Assembly (NCBI RefSeq): GCF_030144855.1
Contig: NC_082729.1
Location: forward strand, 8,122,001 to 8,186,000
Direction: 5' to 3'
Source of the DNA: Hypanus sabinus
Taxonomy: Eukaryota
DNA: 64,000 nt
Shown here: in pieces, positions 8,641 through 20,949 of the stretch
Layout: each line of letters starts with the position of its first letter
How positions within the stretch are numbered: position 1 is the first letter of the stretch
Translations under genes and position numbers: made by a program
The notes under the pieces: generated by a model
The model's database searches: none
What the model was told of the DNA's origin: nothing
The model's input: the letters and a program-made list of their open reading frames with translations, nothing else

Positions 8641-11600
8641 ATGTTCACAAGGACAGGGAAGATGGAGGAAGGTTGACAAGGACAAGGAAGCACGGGAGGA
8701 AGGTTCACAAGGACAGGGAAGATGGAGGAAGGTTGACAAGGACAGGGAAGCGCTGGAGGAAGTTCACAAGGACAGGGAAGCAGTGGAGGAAGGTTCACAA
8801 GGACAGGGAAGCGCTGGAGGAAGGTTCACAAGGTCAGGGAAGATGGAGGAAGGTTCACAAGGACAGGGAAGTGCTGGAGGAAGGTTCACAAGGACAGGGA
8901 AGCGATGGAAAAGTTCACAAGGACAGGGAAGTGATGGAAAAGTTCACAAGGACAGGGAAGTGCTGGAGGAAGGTTCACAAGGACAGGGAAGATGGAGGAA
9001 GGTTGACAAGGACAGGGAAGCGCTGGAGGAAGTTCACAAGGACAAGGAAGCGCTGGAGCAAGGTTCACAAGGACAGGGAAGATGGAGGAAGGTTGACAAG
9101 GACAGGGAAGCGCTGGAGGAAGTTCACAAGGACAGGGAAGCGGTGGAGGAAGGTTCACAAGGACAGGGAAGCACTGGAGGAAGGTTCACAAGGACAGGGA
9201 AGTGCTGGAGGAAGGTTCACAAGGACAGGGAAGTGCTGGAGGAAGGTTCACAAGGGCAGGGAAGATGGAGGAAGGTTCACAAGGACAGGGAAGAGATGGA
9301 GGAAGGTTTACAAGGACAGGGAAGCGCTGGAGGAAGGTTCACAAGGACAGGGAAGTGCTGGAGGAAGGTTCACAAGGACAGGGAAATGCTGGAGGAAGGT
9401 TCACAAGGACAGGGAAGAGATGGAGGAAGGTTCACAAGGACAGGGAAGTGCTGGAGGAAGGTTCACAAGGACAGGGAAGCGATGGAAAAGTTCACAAGGA
9501 CAGGGAAGTGATGGAAAAGTTCACAAGGACAGGGAAGTGCTGGAGGAAGGTTCACAAGGACAGGGAAGTGATGGAGGAAGGTTCACAAGAACAGGGAAGT
9601 GATGGAGGAAGGTTCACAAGGACAGGGAAGTGCTGGAGGAACGTTTACAAGGACAGGGAAGTGATGGTAAAGTTCACAAGGACAGGGAAGTGATGGAAAA
9701 GTTCACAAGGACAGGGAAGTGCTGGAGGAAGGTTCACAAGTACAGGGAAGTGATGGAGGAAGGTTCACAAGGACAGGCAAGTGCTGGAGGAAGGTTGACA
9801 AGGACAGGGAAGCGCTGGAGGAAGTTCACAAGGACAGGGAAGCGGTGGAGGAAGGTTCACAAGGACAGGGAAGCGCTGGAGGAAGGTTCACAAGGACAGG
9901 GAGGATGGAGGAAGGTTCACAAGGACAGGGAAGTGCTGGAGGAAGGTTCACAAGGACAGGGAAGCGATGGAAAAGTTCACAAGGACAGGGAAGTGATGGA
10001 AAAGTTCACAAGGACAGGGAAGTGATGGAAAAGTTCAGAAGGACAGGGAAGTGATGGAAAAGTTCACAAGGACAGGGAAGTGCTGGAGGAAGGATTACAA
10101 GGACTGGGAAGTGCTGGAGAAAGGTTTACAAGGACAGGGTAGTGATGGAAGAAGGTTGACAAGGACAGGGAAGCGCTGGGGGAAGTTCACAAGGACAGGG
10201 AAGTGATGGATGAAGGTTTACAAGGACAGCGAAGATGGAGGAAGGTTCACATGGACATGGAAGTGATGGAAAAGTTCACAAGGACAGGGAAGTGATGGAG
10301 AAAGGTTCAGAAGGACGGGGAAGTGATGGAAAAGTTCACAAGGACAGAGAAGTGATGGAGGAAGGTTCACGAGTACAGCGAAGTGATGGAGGAAGGTTCA
10401 CAAGGACAGGGAAGCGAAGGAAAAGTTCACAAGGACAGGGAAGTGATGGAAAAGTTCACAAGGACAGGGAAGTGCTGGAGGAAGGTTCACAAGGACAGGG
10501 AAGTGATGGAGGAAGGTTCACAAGGACAGGGAAGTGCTGGAGGAACGTTTACAAGGACAGGGAAGTGATGGTAAAGTTCACAAGGACAGGGAAGTGATGG
10601 AAAAGTTCACAAGGACAGGGAAGTGCTGGAGGAAGGTTCACAAGGACAGGGAAGTGATGGAAAAGTTCACTAGGACAGGGAAGCGCTGGAGGAAGTTCAC
10701 AAGGAAAGGGAAGAGCTGGAGGAAGGTTCACAAGGACAGGGAAGTGATGGAAAAGTTCACAAAGTCAGGGAAGCACTGGAGGAAGGTTCACAAGGACAGG
10801 GAAGTGATGGAGGAAGGTTCACAAGGACAGGGAAGTGATGGAAAAGTTCACAAGAACAGGGAAGTGATGCAGAAAGGTTCAGAAGGACAGGGAAGTGATG
10901 GAAAATTTCACAAGGACAGAGAAGTGATGGAGCAAGGTTTACAAGGACAGGGAAGTGCTGGAGGAAGGTTTACAAGGACAGGGAAGATGGAGGAAGGTTC
11001 ACAAGGACAGGGAAGTGATGGAGGAAGGTTCATAAGCTCAGGGAAGATGGAGGAATGTTCACAAGGACAGAGAAGTGCTGGAGGAAGGTTCACAAGGTCA
11101 GGGAAGATGGAGGAAGGTTCACAAGGACAGGGAAGATGGAGGATGTTTCACAAGGACAGAGAAGTGCTGGAGGAAGGTTCACAAGGACAGGGAAGTGCTG
11201 GAGGAAGGTTCACAAGGACAGGGAAGCGCTGGAGGACGGTTCACAAGGACAGGGAAGATGGAGGAAGGTTCACAAGGACAGGGATGTGATGGAGGAAGGT
11301 TTACAAGGACAGGGAAGCGCTGGAGGAAGGTTCACAAGGACAGGGAAGTGCTGGAGGAAGGTTCACAAGGACAGGGAAATGCTGGAGGAAGGTTCACAAG
11401 GACAGGGAAGTGATGGAGGAAGGTTTACAAGGACAGGGAAGTGCTGGTGGAAGGTTCTCAAGGACTGGGAAGTGCTGGAGGAAGGTTCACAAGGACAGGG
11501 AAATGCTGGAGGAAGGTTCACAAGGACAGGGAAGTGATGGAAAAGTTCATAAGGATGGAAGTGATGGAAATTTCACAAGGACAGGGAAGTGCTGGAGGGA

Positions 11601-14394
11601 GGTTCACAAGGACAGGGAAGTGATGGAAAAGTTCACAAGGACAGGGAAGATGGAGGAAGGTTGACAAGGACAAGGAAGCGCTGGAGCAAGGTTCACAAGG
11701 ACAGGGAAGATGGAGGAAGGTTGACAAGGACAGGGAAGCGCTGGAGGAAGTTCACAAGGACAGGGAAGCGGTGGAGGAAGGTTCACAAGGACAGGGAAGC
11801 GGTGGAGGAAGGTTCACAAGGACAGGAAAGCTCTGGCGGAAGGTTCACAAGGACAGGGAAGATGGAGGAAGGTTCACAAGGACAGGGAAGTGCTGGAGGA
11901 AGGTTCACTAGGACAGGGAAGTGCTGGAGGAACGTTTACAAGGACAGGGAAGTGATGGTAAAGTTCACAAGGACAGGGAAGTGATGGAAAAGTTCACAAG
12001 GACAGGGAAGTGCTGGAGGAAGGTTCACAAGGACAGGGAAGTGATGGAAAAGTTTACAAGGACAGGGAAGCGCTGGAGGAAGTTCACAAGGAAAGGGAAG
12101 AGCTGGAGGAAGTTTCACAAGGACAGGGAAGTGATGGAGAAGTTCACAAAGACAGGGAAGCACTGGAGGAAGGTTCACAAGGACAGGGAAGTGATGGAAA
12201 AGTTCAGAAGGACAGGGAAGTGATGGAAAAGTTCACAAGGACAGGGAAGTGCTGGAGGAAGGTTTACAAGGACTGGGAAGTGCTGGAGAAGGGTTTACAA
12301 GGACAGGGTTGTGATGGAAGAAGGTTGACAAGGACAGGGAAGCGCTGGGGGAAGTTCACAAGTACAGGGAAGTGATGGATGAAGGTTTACAAGGACAGCG
12401 AAGATGGAGGAAGGTTCACAAGGACAGGGAAGTGATGGAAAAGTTCACAAGGACAGGGAAGTGATGGAGAAAGGTTCAGAAGGACAGGGAAGTGATGGAG
12501 AAGTTCACAAGGACAGAGAAGTGATGGAGCAAGGTTTACAAGGACAGGGAAGTGCTGGAGGAAGGTTTACAAGGACAGGGAAGATGGAGGAAGGTTCACA
12601 AGGACAGGGAAATGCTGGAGGAAGGTTCACAAGGACAGGGAAGAGATGGAGGAAGGTTTACAAGGACAGGGAAGTGCTGGAGGAAGGTTCACAAGGACAG
12701 GGAAGTGCTGGAGGAAGGTTCACAAGGACAGGGAAATGCTGGAGGAAGGTTCACAAGGACAGGGAAGTGATGGAAAAGTTCACAAGGACAGGGAAGATGG
12801 AGGAAGGTTGACAAGGACAAGGAAGCGCTGGAGGAAGGTTCACAAGGACAGGGAAGATTGAGGAAGGTTGACAAGGACAGGGAAGCACTGGAGGAAGTTC
12901 ACAAGGACAGGGAAGCGGTGGAGGAAGGTTCACAAGGACAGGGAAGCGCTGGAGGAAGGTTCACAAGGACAGGGAAGATGGAGGAAGATTCACAAGGACA
13001 GGGAAGTGCTGGAGGAAGGTTCACAAGGACCGGGAAGTGATGGAAAAGTTCACAAGGACAGGGAAGTGATGGAAAAGTTCACAAGGACAGGGAAGTGCTG
13101 GAGGAAGGTTCACAAGGTCAGGGAAGTGATGGAGGAAGGTTCACAAGGACAGGGAAGCGATGGAGGGTTCACAAGGACAGGGAAGTGCTGGAGGAACGTT
13201 TACAAGGACAGGGAAGTGATGGTAAAGTTCACAAGGACAGGGAAGTGATGGAAAAGTTCACAAGGACAGGGAAGTGCTGGAGGAAGGTTCACAAGGACAG
13301 GGAAGTGATGGAAAAGTTCACAAGGACAGGGAAGAGATGGAGAAAGGTTCAGAAATACGGGGAAGTGATGGAAAAGTTCACAAGGACGGAGAAGTGATGG
13401 AGGAAGGTTCACAAGTACAGGGAAGTGATGGAGGAAGGTTCACAAGGACAGGCAAGTGCTGGAGGAAGGTTGACAAGGACAGGGAAGCGCTGGAGGAAGT
13501 TCACAAGGACAGGGAAGCGGTGGAGGAAGGTTCACAAGGACAGGGAAGCGCTGGAGGAAGGTTCACAAGGACAGGGAGGATGGAGGAAGGTTCACAAGGA
13601 CAGGGAAGCGATGGAAAAGTTCACAAGGACAGGGAAGTGATGGAAAAGTTCACAAGGACAGGGAAGTGATGGAAAAGTTCAGAAGGACAGGGAAGTGATG
13701 GAAAAGTTCACAAGGACAGGGAAGTGCTGGAGGAAGGATTACAAGGACTGGGAAGTGCTGGAGAAAGGTTTACAAGGACAGGGTAGTGATGGAAGAAGGT
13801 TGACAAGGACAGGGAAGCGCTGGGGGAAGTTCACAAGGACAGGGAAGTGATGGATGAAGGTTTACAAGGACAGCGAAGATGGAGGAAGGTTCACAAGGAC
13901 ATGGAAGTGATGGAAAAGTTCACAAGGACAGGGAAGTGATGGAGAAAGGTTCAGAAGGACGGGGAAGTGATGGAAAAGTTCACAAGGACAGAGAAGTGAT
14001 GGAGGAAGTTTCACAAGTACAGCGAAGTGATGGAGGAAGGTTCACAAGGACAGGGAAGCGAAGGAAAAGTTCACAAGGACAGGGAAGTGATGGAAAAGTT
14101 CACAAGGACAGGGAAGTGCTGGAGGAAGGTTCACAAGGACAGGGAAGTGATGGAGGAAGGTTCACAAGGACAGGGAAGTGCTGGAGGAACGTTTACAAGG
14201 ACAGGGAAGTGATGGTAAAGTTCACAAGGACAGGGAAGTGATGGAAAAGTTCACAAGGACAGGGAAGTGCTGGAGGAAGGTTCACAAGGACAGGGAAGTG
14301 ATGGAAAAGTTCACTAGGACAGGGAAGCGCTGGAGGAAGTTCACAAGGAAAGGGAAGAGCTGGAGGAAGGTTCACAAGGACAGGGAAGTGATGG

Positions 14395-17040
14395 AAAAGT
14401 TCACAAAGACAGGGAAGCACTGGAGGAAGGTTCACAAGGACAGGGAAGTGATGGAAGAAGGTTGACAAGGACAGTGAAGATGGAGGAAGGTTCACAAGGA
14501 CAGGGAAGTGATGGAAAAGTTCACAAGAACAGGGAAGTGATGCAGAAAGGTTCAGAAGGACAGGGAAGTGATGGAAAATTTCACAAGGACAGAGAAGTGA
14601 TGGAGCAAGGTTTACAAGGACAGGGAAGTGCTGGAGGAAGGTTTACAAGGACAGGGAAGATGGAGGAAGGTTCACAAGGACAGGGAAGTGATGGAGGAAG
14701 GTTCATAAGCTCAGGGAAGATGGAGGAATGTTCACAAGGACAGAGAAGTGCTGGAGGAAGGTTCACATGGTCAGGGAAGATGGAGGAAGGTTCACAAGGA
14801 CAGGGAAGATGGAGGAAGTTTCACAAGGACAGAGAAGTGCTGGAGGAAGGTTCACAAGGACAGGGAAGTGCTGGAGGAAGGTTCACAAGGACAGGGAAGC
14901 GCTGGAGGAAGGTTCACAAGGACAGGGAAGATGGAGGAAGGTTCACAAGGACAGGGATGTGATGGAGGAAGGTTTACAAGGACAGGGAAGCGCTGGAGGA
15001 AGGTTCACAAGGACAGGGAAGTGCTGGAGGAAGGTTCACAAGGACAGGGAAATGCTGGAGGAAGGTTCACAAGGACAGGGAAGTGATGGAGGAAGGTTTA
15101 CAAGGACAGGGAAGTGCTGGTGGAAGGTTCTCAAGGACAGGGAAGTGCTGGAGGAAGGTTCACAAGGACAGGGAAATGCTGGAGGAAGGTTCACAAGGAC
15201 AGGGAAGTGATGGAAAAGTTCATAAGGATGGAAGTGATGGAAATTTCACAAGGACAGGGAAGTGCTGGAGGGAGGTTCACAAGGACAGGGAAGTGATGGA
15301 AAAGTTCACAAGGACAGGGAAGATGGAGGAAGGTTGACAAGGACAAGGAAGCGCTGGAGCAATGTTCACAAGGACAGGGAAGATGGAGGAAGGTTGACAA
15401 GGACAGGGAAGCGCTGGAGGAAGTTCACAAGGACAGGGAAGCGGTGGAGGAAGGTTCACAAGGACAGGGAAGCGGTGGAGGAAGGTTCACAAGGACAGGA
15501 AAGCTCTGGCGGAAGGTTCACAAGGACAGGGAAGATAGAGGAAGGTTCACAAGGACAGGGAAGTGCTGGAGGAAGGTTCACTAGGACAGGGAAGTGCTGG
15601 AGGAACGTTTACAAGGACACGGAAGTGATGGTAAAGTTCACAAGGACAGGGAAGTGATGGAAAAGTTCACAAGGACAGGGAAATGCTGGAGGAAGGTTCA
15701 CAAGGACAGGGAAGTGATGGAAAAGTTCACAAAGACAGGGAAGCACTGGAGGAAGGTTCACAAGGACAGGGAAGTGATGGAAGAAGGTTGACAAGGACAG
15801 TGAAGATGGAGGAAGGTTCACAAGGACAGGGAAGTGATGGAAAAGTTCACAAGAACAGGGAAGTGATGCAGAAAGGTTCAGAAGGACAGGGAAGTGATGG
15901 AAAATTTCACAAGGACAGAGAAGTGATGGAGCAAGGTTTACAAGGACAGGGAAGTGCTGGAGGAAGGTTTACAAGGACAGGGAAGATGGAGGAAGGTTCA
16001 CAAGGACAGGGAAGTGATGGAGGAAGGTTCATAAGCTCAGGGAAGATGGAGGAATGTTCACAAGGACAGAGAAGTGCTGGAGGAAGGTTCACATGGTCAG
16101 GGAAGATGGAGGAAGGTTCACAAGGACAGGGAAGATGGAGGAAGTTTCACAAGGACAGAGAAGTGCTGGAGGAAGGTTCACAAGGACAGGGAAGTGCTGG
16201 AGGAAGGTTCACAAGGACAGGGAAGCGCTGGAGGAAGGTTCACAAGGACAGGGAAGATGGAGGAAGGTTCACAAGGACAGGGATGTGATGGAGGAAGGTT
16301 TACAAGGACAGGGAAGCGCTGGAGGAAGGTTCACAAGGACAGGGAAGTGCTGGAGGAAGGTTCACAAGGACAGGGAAATGCTGGAGGAAGGTTCACAAGG
16401 ACAGGGAAGTGATGGAGGAAGGTTTACAAGGACAGGGAAGTGCTGGTGGAAGGTTCTCAAGGACAGGGAAGTGCTGGAGGAAGGTTCACAAGGACAGGGA
16501 AATGCTGGAGGAAGGTTCACAAGGACAGGGAAGTGATGGAAAAGTTCATAAGGATGGAAGTGATGGAAATTTCACAAGGACAGGGAAGTGCTGGAGGGAG
16601 GTTCACAAGGACAGGGAAGTGATGGAAAAGTTCACAAGGACAGGGAAGATGGAGGAAGGTTGACAAGGACAAGGAAGCGATGGAGCAAGGTTCACAAGGA
16701 CAGGGAAGATGGAGGAAGGTTGACAAGGACAGGGAAGCGCTGGAGGAAGTTCACAAGGACAGGGAAGCGGTGGAGGAAGGTTCACAAGGACAGGGAAGCG
16801 GTGGAGGAAGGTTCACAAGGACAGGAAAGCTCTGGCGGAAGGTTCACAAGGACAGGGAAGATGGAGGAAGGTTCACAAGGACAGGGAAATGCTGGAGGAA
16901 GGTTCACTAGGACAGGGAAGTGCTGGAGGAACGTTTACAAGGACAGGGAAGTGATGGTAAAGTTCACAAGGACAGGGAAGTGATGGAAAAGTTCACAAGG
17001 ACAGGGAAGTGCTGGAGGAAGGTTCACAAGGACAGGGAAG
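14395..17040 (+). repeat. 1326-bp tandem higher-order duplication
   Basis: ORF-track patterns recur at offset 1326 (14728/16054, 15083/16409, 15262/16588). Confidence 0.85.
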
Positions 17041-17090
17041 TGATGGAAAAGTTTACAAGGACAGGGAAGCGCTGGAGGAAGTTCACAAGG

Positions 17091-20000
17091 AAAGGGAAGA
17101 GCTGGAGGAAGTTTCACAAGGACAGGGAAGTGATGGAGAAGTTCACAAAGACAGGGAAGCACTGGAGGAAGGTTCACAAGGACAGGGAAGTGATGGAAAA
17201 GTTCAGAAGGACAGGGAAGTGATGGAAAAGTTCACAAGGACAGGGAAGTGCTGGAGGAAGGTTTACAAGGACTGGGAAGTGCTGGAGAAGGGTTTACAAG
17301 GACAGGGTTGTGATGGAAGAAGGTTGACAAGGACAGGGAAGCGCTGGGGGAAGTTCACAACTACAGGGAAGTGATGGATGAAGGTTTACAAGGACAGCGA
17401 AGATGGAGGAAGGTTCACAAGGACAGGGAAGTGATGGAAAAGTTCACAAGGACAGGGAAGTGATGGAGAAAGGTTCAGAAGGACAGGGAAGTGATGGAAA
17501 AGTTCACAAGGACAGAGAAGTGATAGAGCAAGGTTTACAAGGACAGGGAAGTGCTGGAGGAAGGTTTACAAGGACAGGGAAGATGGAGGAAGGTTCACAA
17601 GGACAGGGAAATGCTGGAGGAAGGTTCACAAGGACAGGGAAGAGATGGAGGAAGGTTTACAAGGACAGGGAAGTGCTGGAGGAAGGTTCACAAGGACAGG
17701 GAAGTGCTGGAGGAAGGTTCACAAGGACAGGGAAATGCTGGAGGAAGGTTCACAAGGACAGGGAAGTGATGGAAAAGTTCACAAGGACAGGGAAGATGGA
17801 GGAAGGTTGACAAGGACAAGGAAGCGCTGGAGGAAGGTTCACAAGGACAGGGAAGATTGAGGAAGGTTGACAAGGACAGGGAAGCACTGGAGGAAGTTCA
17901 CAAGGACAGGGAAGCGGTGGAGGAAGGTTCACAAGGACAGGGAAGCGCTGGAGGAAGGTTCACAAGGACAGGGAAGATGGAGGAAGATTCACAAGGACAG
18001 GGAAGTGCTGGAGGAAGGTTCACAAGGACCGGGAAGCGATGGAAAAGTTCACAAGGACAGGGAAGTGATGGAAAAGTTCACAAGGACAGGGAAGTGCTGG
18101 AGGAAGGTTCACAAGGTCAGGGAAGTGATGGAGGAAGGTTCACAAGGACAGGGAAGTGATGGAGGAAGGTTCACAAGGACAGGGAAGTGCTGGAGGAACG
18201 TTTACAAGGACAGGGAAGTGATGGTAAAGTTCACAAAGACAGGGAAGTGATGGAAAAGTTCACAAGGACAGGGAAGTGGTGGAGGAAGGTTCACAAGGAC
18301 AGGGAAGTGATGGATGAAGGTTTACAAGGACAGCGAAGATGGAGGAAGGTTCACAAGGACAGGGAAGTGATGGAAAAGTTCACAAGGACAGGGAAGTGCT
18401 GGAGGAAGGTTCACAAGGACAGGGAAGTGATGGAAAAGTTCACAAAGACAGGGAAGCACTGGAGGAAGGTTCACAAGGACAGGGAAGTGATGGATGAAGG
18501 TTTACAAGGACAGCGAAGATGGAGGAAGGTTCACAAGGACAGGGATGTGATGGAAAAGTTCACTAGGACAGGGAAGTGATGGAGAAAGGTTCAGAAATAC
18601 GGGGAAGTGATGGAAAAGTTCACAAGGACGGAGAAGTGATGGAGGAAGGTTCACAAGTACAGGGAAGTGATGGAGGAAGGTTCACAAGGACAGGCAAGTG
18701 CTGGAGGAAGGTTGACAAGGACAGGGAAGCGCTGGAGGAAGTTCACAAGGACAGGGAAGCAGTGGAGGAAGGTTCACAAGGACAGGGAAGCGCTGGAGGA
18801 AGGTTCACAAGGACAGGGAGGATGGAGGAAGGTTCACAAGGACAGGGAAGTGCTGGAGGAAGGTTCACAAGGACAGGGAAGCGATGGAAAAGTTCACAAG
18901 GACAGGGAAGTGATGGAAAAGTTCACAAGGACAGGGAAGTGATGGAAAAGTTCAGAAGGACAGGGAAGTGATGGAAAAGTTCACAAGGACAGGGAAGTGC
19001 TGGAGGAAGGATTACAAGGAAAGGGAAGAGCTGGAGGAAGTTTCACAAGGACAGGGAAGTGATGGAGAAGTTCACAAAGACAGGGAAGCACTGGAGGAAG
19101 GTTCACAAGGACAGGGAAGTGATGGAAAAGTTCAGAAGGACAGGGAAGTGATGGAAAAGTTCACAAGGACAGGGAAGTGCTGGAGGAAGGTTTACAAGGA
19201 CTGGGAAGTGCTGGAGAAGGGTTTACAAGGACAGGGTTGTGATGGAAGAAGGTTGACAAGGACAGGGAAGCGCTGGGGGAAGTTCACCACTACAGGGAAG
19301 TGATGGATGAAGGTTTACAAGGACAGCGAAGATGGAGGAAGGTTCACAAGGACAGGGAAGTGATGGAAAAGTTCACAAGGACAGGGAAGTGATGGAGAAA
19401 GGTTCAGAAGGACAGGGAAGTGATGGAAAAGTTCACAAGGACAGAGAAGTGATAGAGCAAGGTTTACAAGGACAGGGAAGTGCTGGAGGAAGGTTTACAA
19501 GGACAGGGAAGATGGAGGAAGGTTCACAAGGACAGGGAAATGCTGGAGGAAGGTTCACAAGGACAGGGAAGAGATGGAGGAAGGTTTACAAGGACAGGGA
19601 AGTGCTGGAGGAAGGTTCACAAGGACAGGGAAGTGCTGGAGGAAGGTTCACAAGGACAGGGAAATGCTGGAGGAAGGTTCACAAGGACAGGGAAGTGATG
19701 GAAAAGTTCACAAGGACAGGGAAGATGGAGGAAGGTTGACAAGGACAAGGAAGCGCTGGAGGAAGGTTCACAAGGACAGGGAAGATTGAGGAAGGTTGAC
19801 AAGGACAGGGAAGCACTGGAGGAAGTTCACAAGGACAGGGAAGCGGTGGAGGAAGGTTCACAAGGACAGGGAAGCGCTGGAGGAAGGTTCACAAGGACAG
19901 GGAAGATGGAGGAAGATTCACAAGGACAGGGAAGTGCTGGAGGAAGGTTCACAAGGACCGGGAAGCGATGGAAAAGTTCACAAGGACAGGGAAGTGATGG

Positions 20001-20949
20001 AAAAGTTCACAAGGACAGGGAAGTGCTGGAGGAAGGTTCACAAGGTCAGGGAAGTGATGGAGGAAGGTTCACAAGGACAGGGAAGTGATGGAGGAAGGTT
20101 CACAAGGACAGGGAAGTGCTGGAGGAACGTTTACAAGGACAGGGAAGTGATGGTAAAGTTCACAAGGACAGGGAAGTGATGGAAAAGTTCACAAGGACAG
20201 GGAAGTGGTGGAGGAAGGTTCACAAGGACAGGGAAGTGATGGATGAAGGTTTACAAGGACAGCGAAGATGGAGGAAGGTTCACAAGGACAGGGAAGTGAT
20301 GGAAAAGTTCACAAGGACAGGGAAGTGCTGGAGGAAGGTTCACAAGGACAGGGAAGTGATGGAAAAGTTCACAAAGACAGGGAAGCACTGGAGGAAGGTT
20401 CACAAGGACAGGGAAGTGATGGATGAAGGTTTACAAGGACAGCGAAGATGGAGGAAGGTTCACAAGGACAGGGATGTGATGGAAAAGTTCACTAGGACAG
20501 GGAAGTGATGGAGAAAGGTTCAGAAATACGGGGAAGTGATGGAAAAGTTCACAAGGACGGAGAAGTGATGGAGGAAGGTTCACAAGTACAGGGAAGTGAT
20601 GGAGGAAGGTTCACAAGGACAGGCAAGTGCTGGAGGAAGGTTGACAAGGACAGGGAAGCGCTGGAGGAAGTTCACAAGGACAGGGAAGCAGTGGAGGAAG
20701 GTTCACAAGGACAGGGAAGCGCTGGAGGAAGGTTCACAAGGACAGGGAGGATGGAGGAAGGTTCACAAGGACAGGGAAGTGCTGGAGGAAGGTTCACAAG
20801 GACAGGGAAGCGATGGAAAAGTTCACAAGGACAGGGAAGTGATGGAAAAGTTCACAAGGACAGGGAAGTGATGGAAAAGTTCAGAAGGACAGGGAAGTGA
20901 TGGAAAAGTTCACAAGGACAGGGAAGTGCTGGAGGAAGGATTACAAGGA
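17091..20949 (+). repeat. 1929-bp tandem higher-order duplication
   Basis: Offset 1929 (17403/19332, 17857/19786, 18576/20505). Confidence 0.85.
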
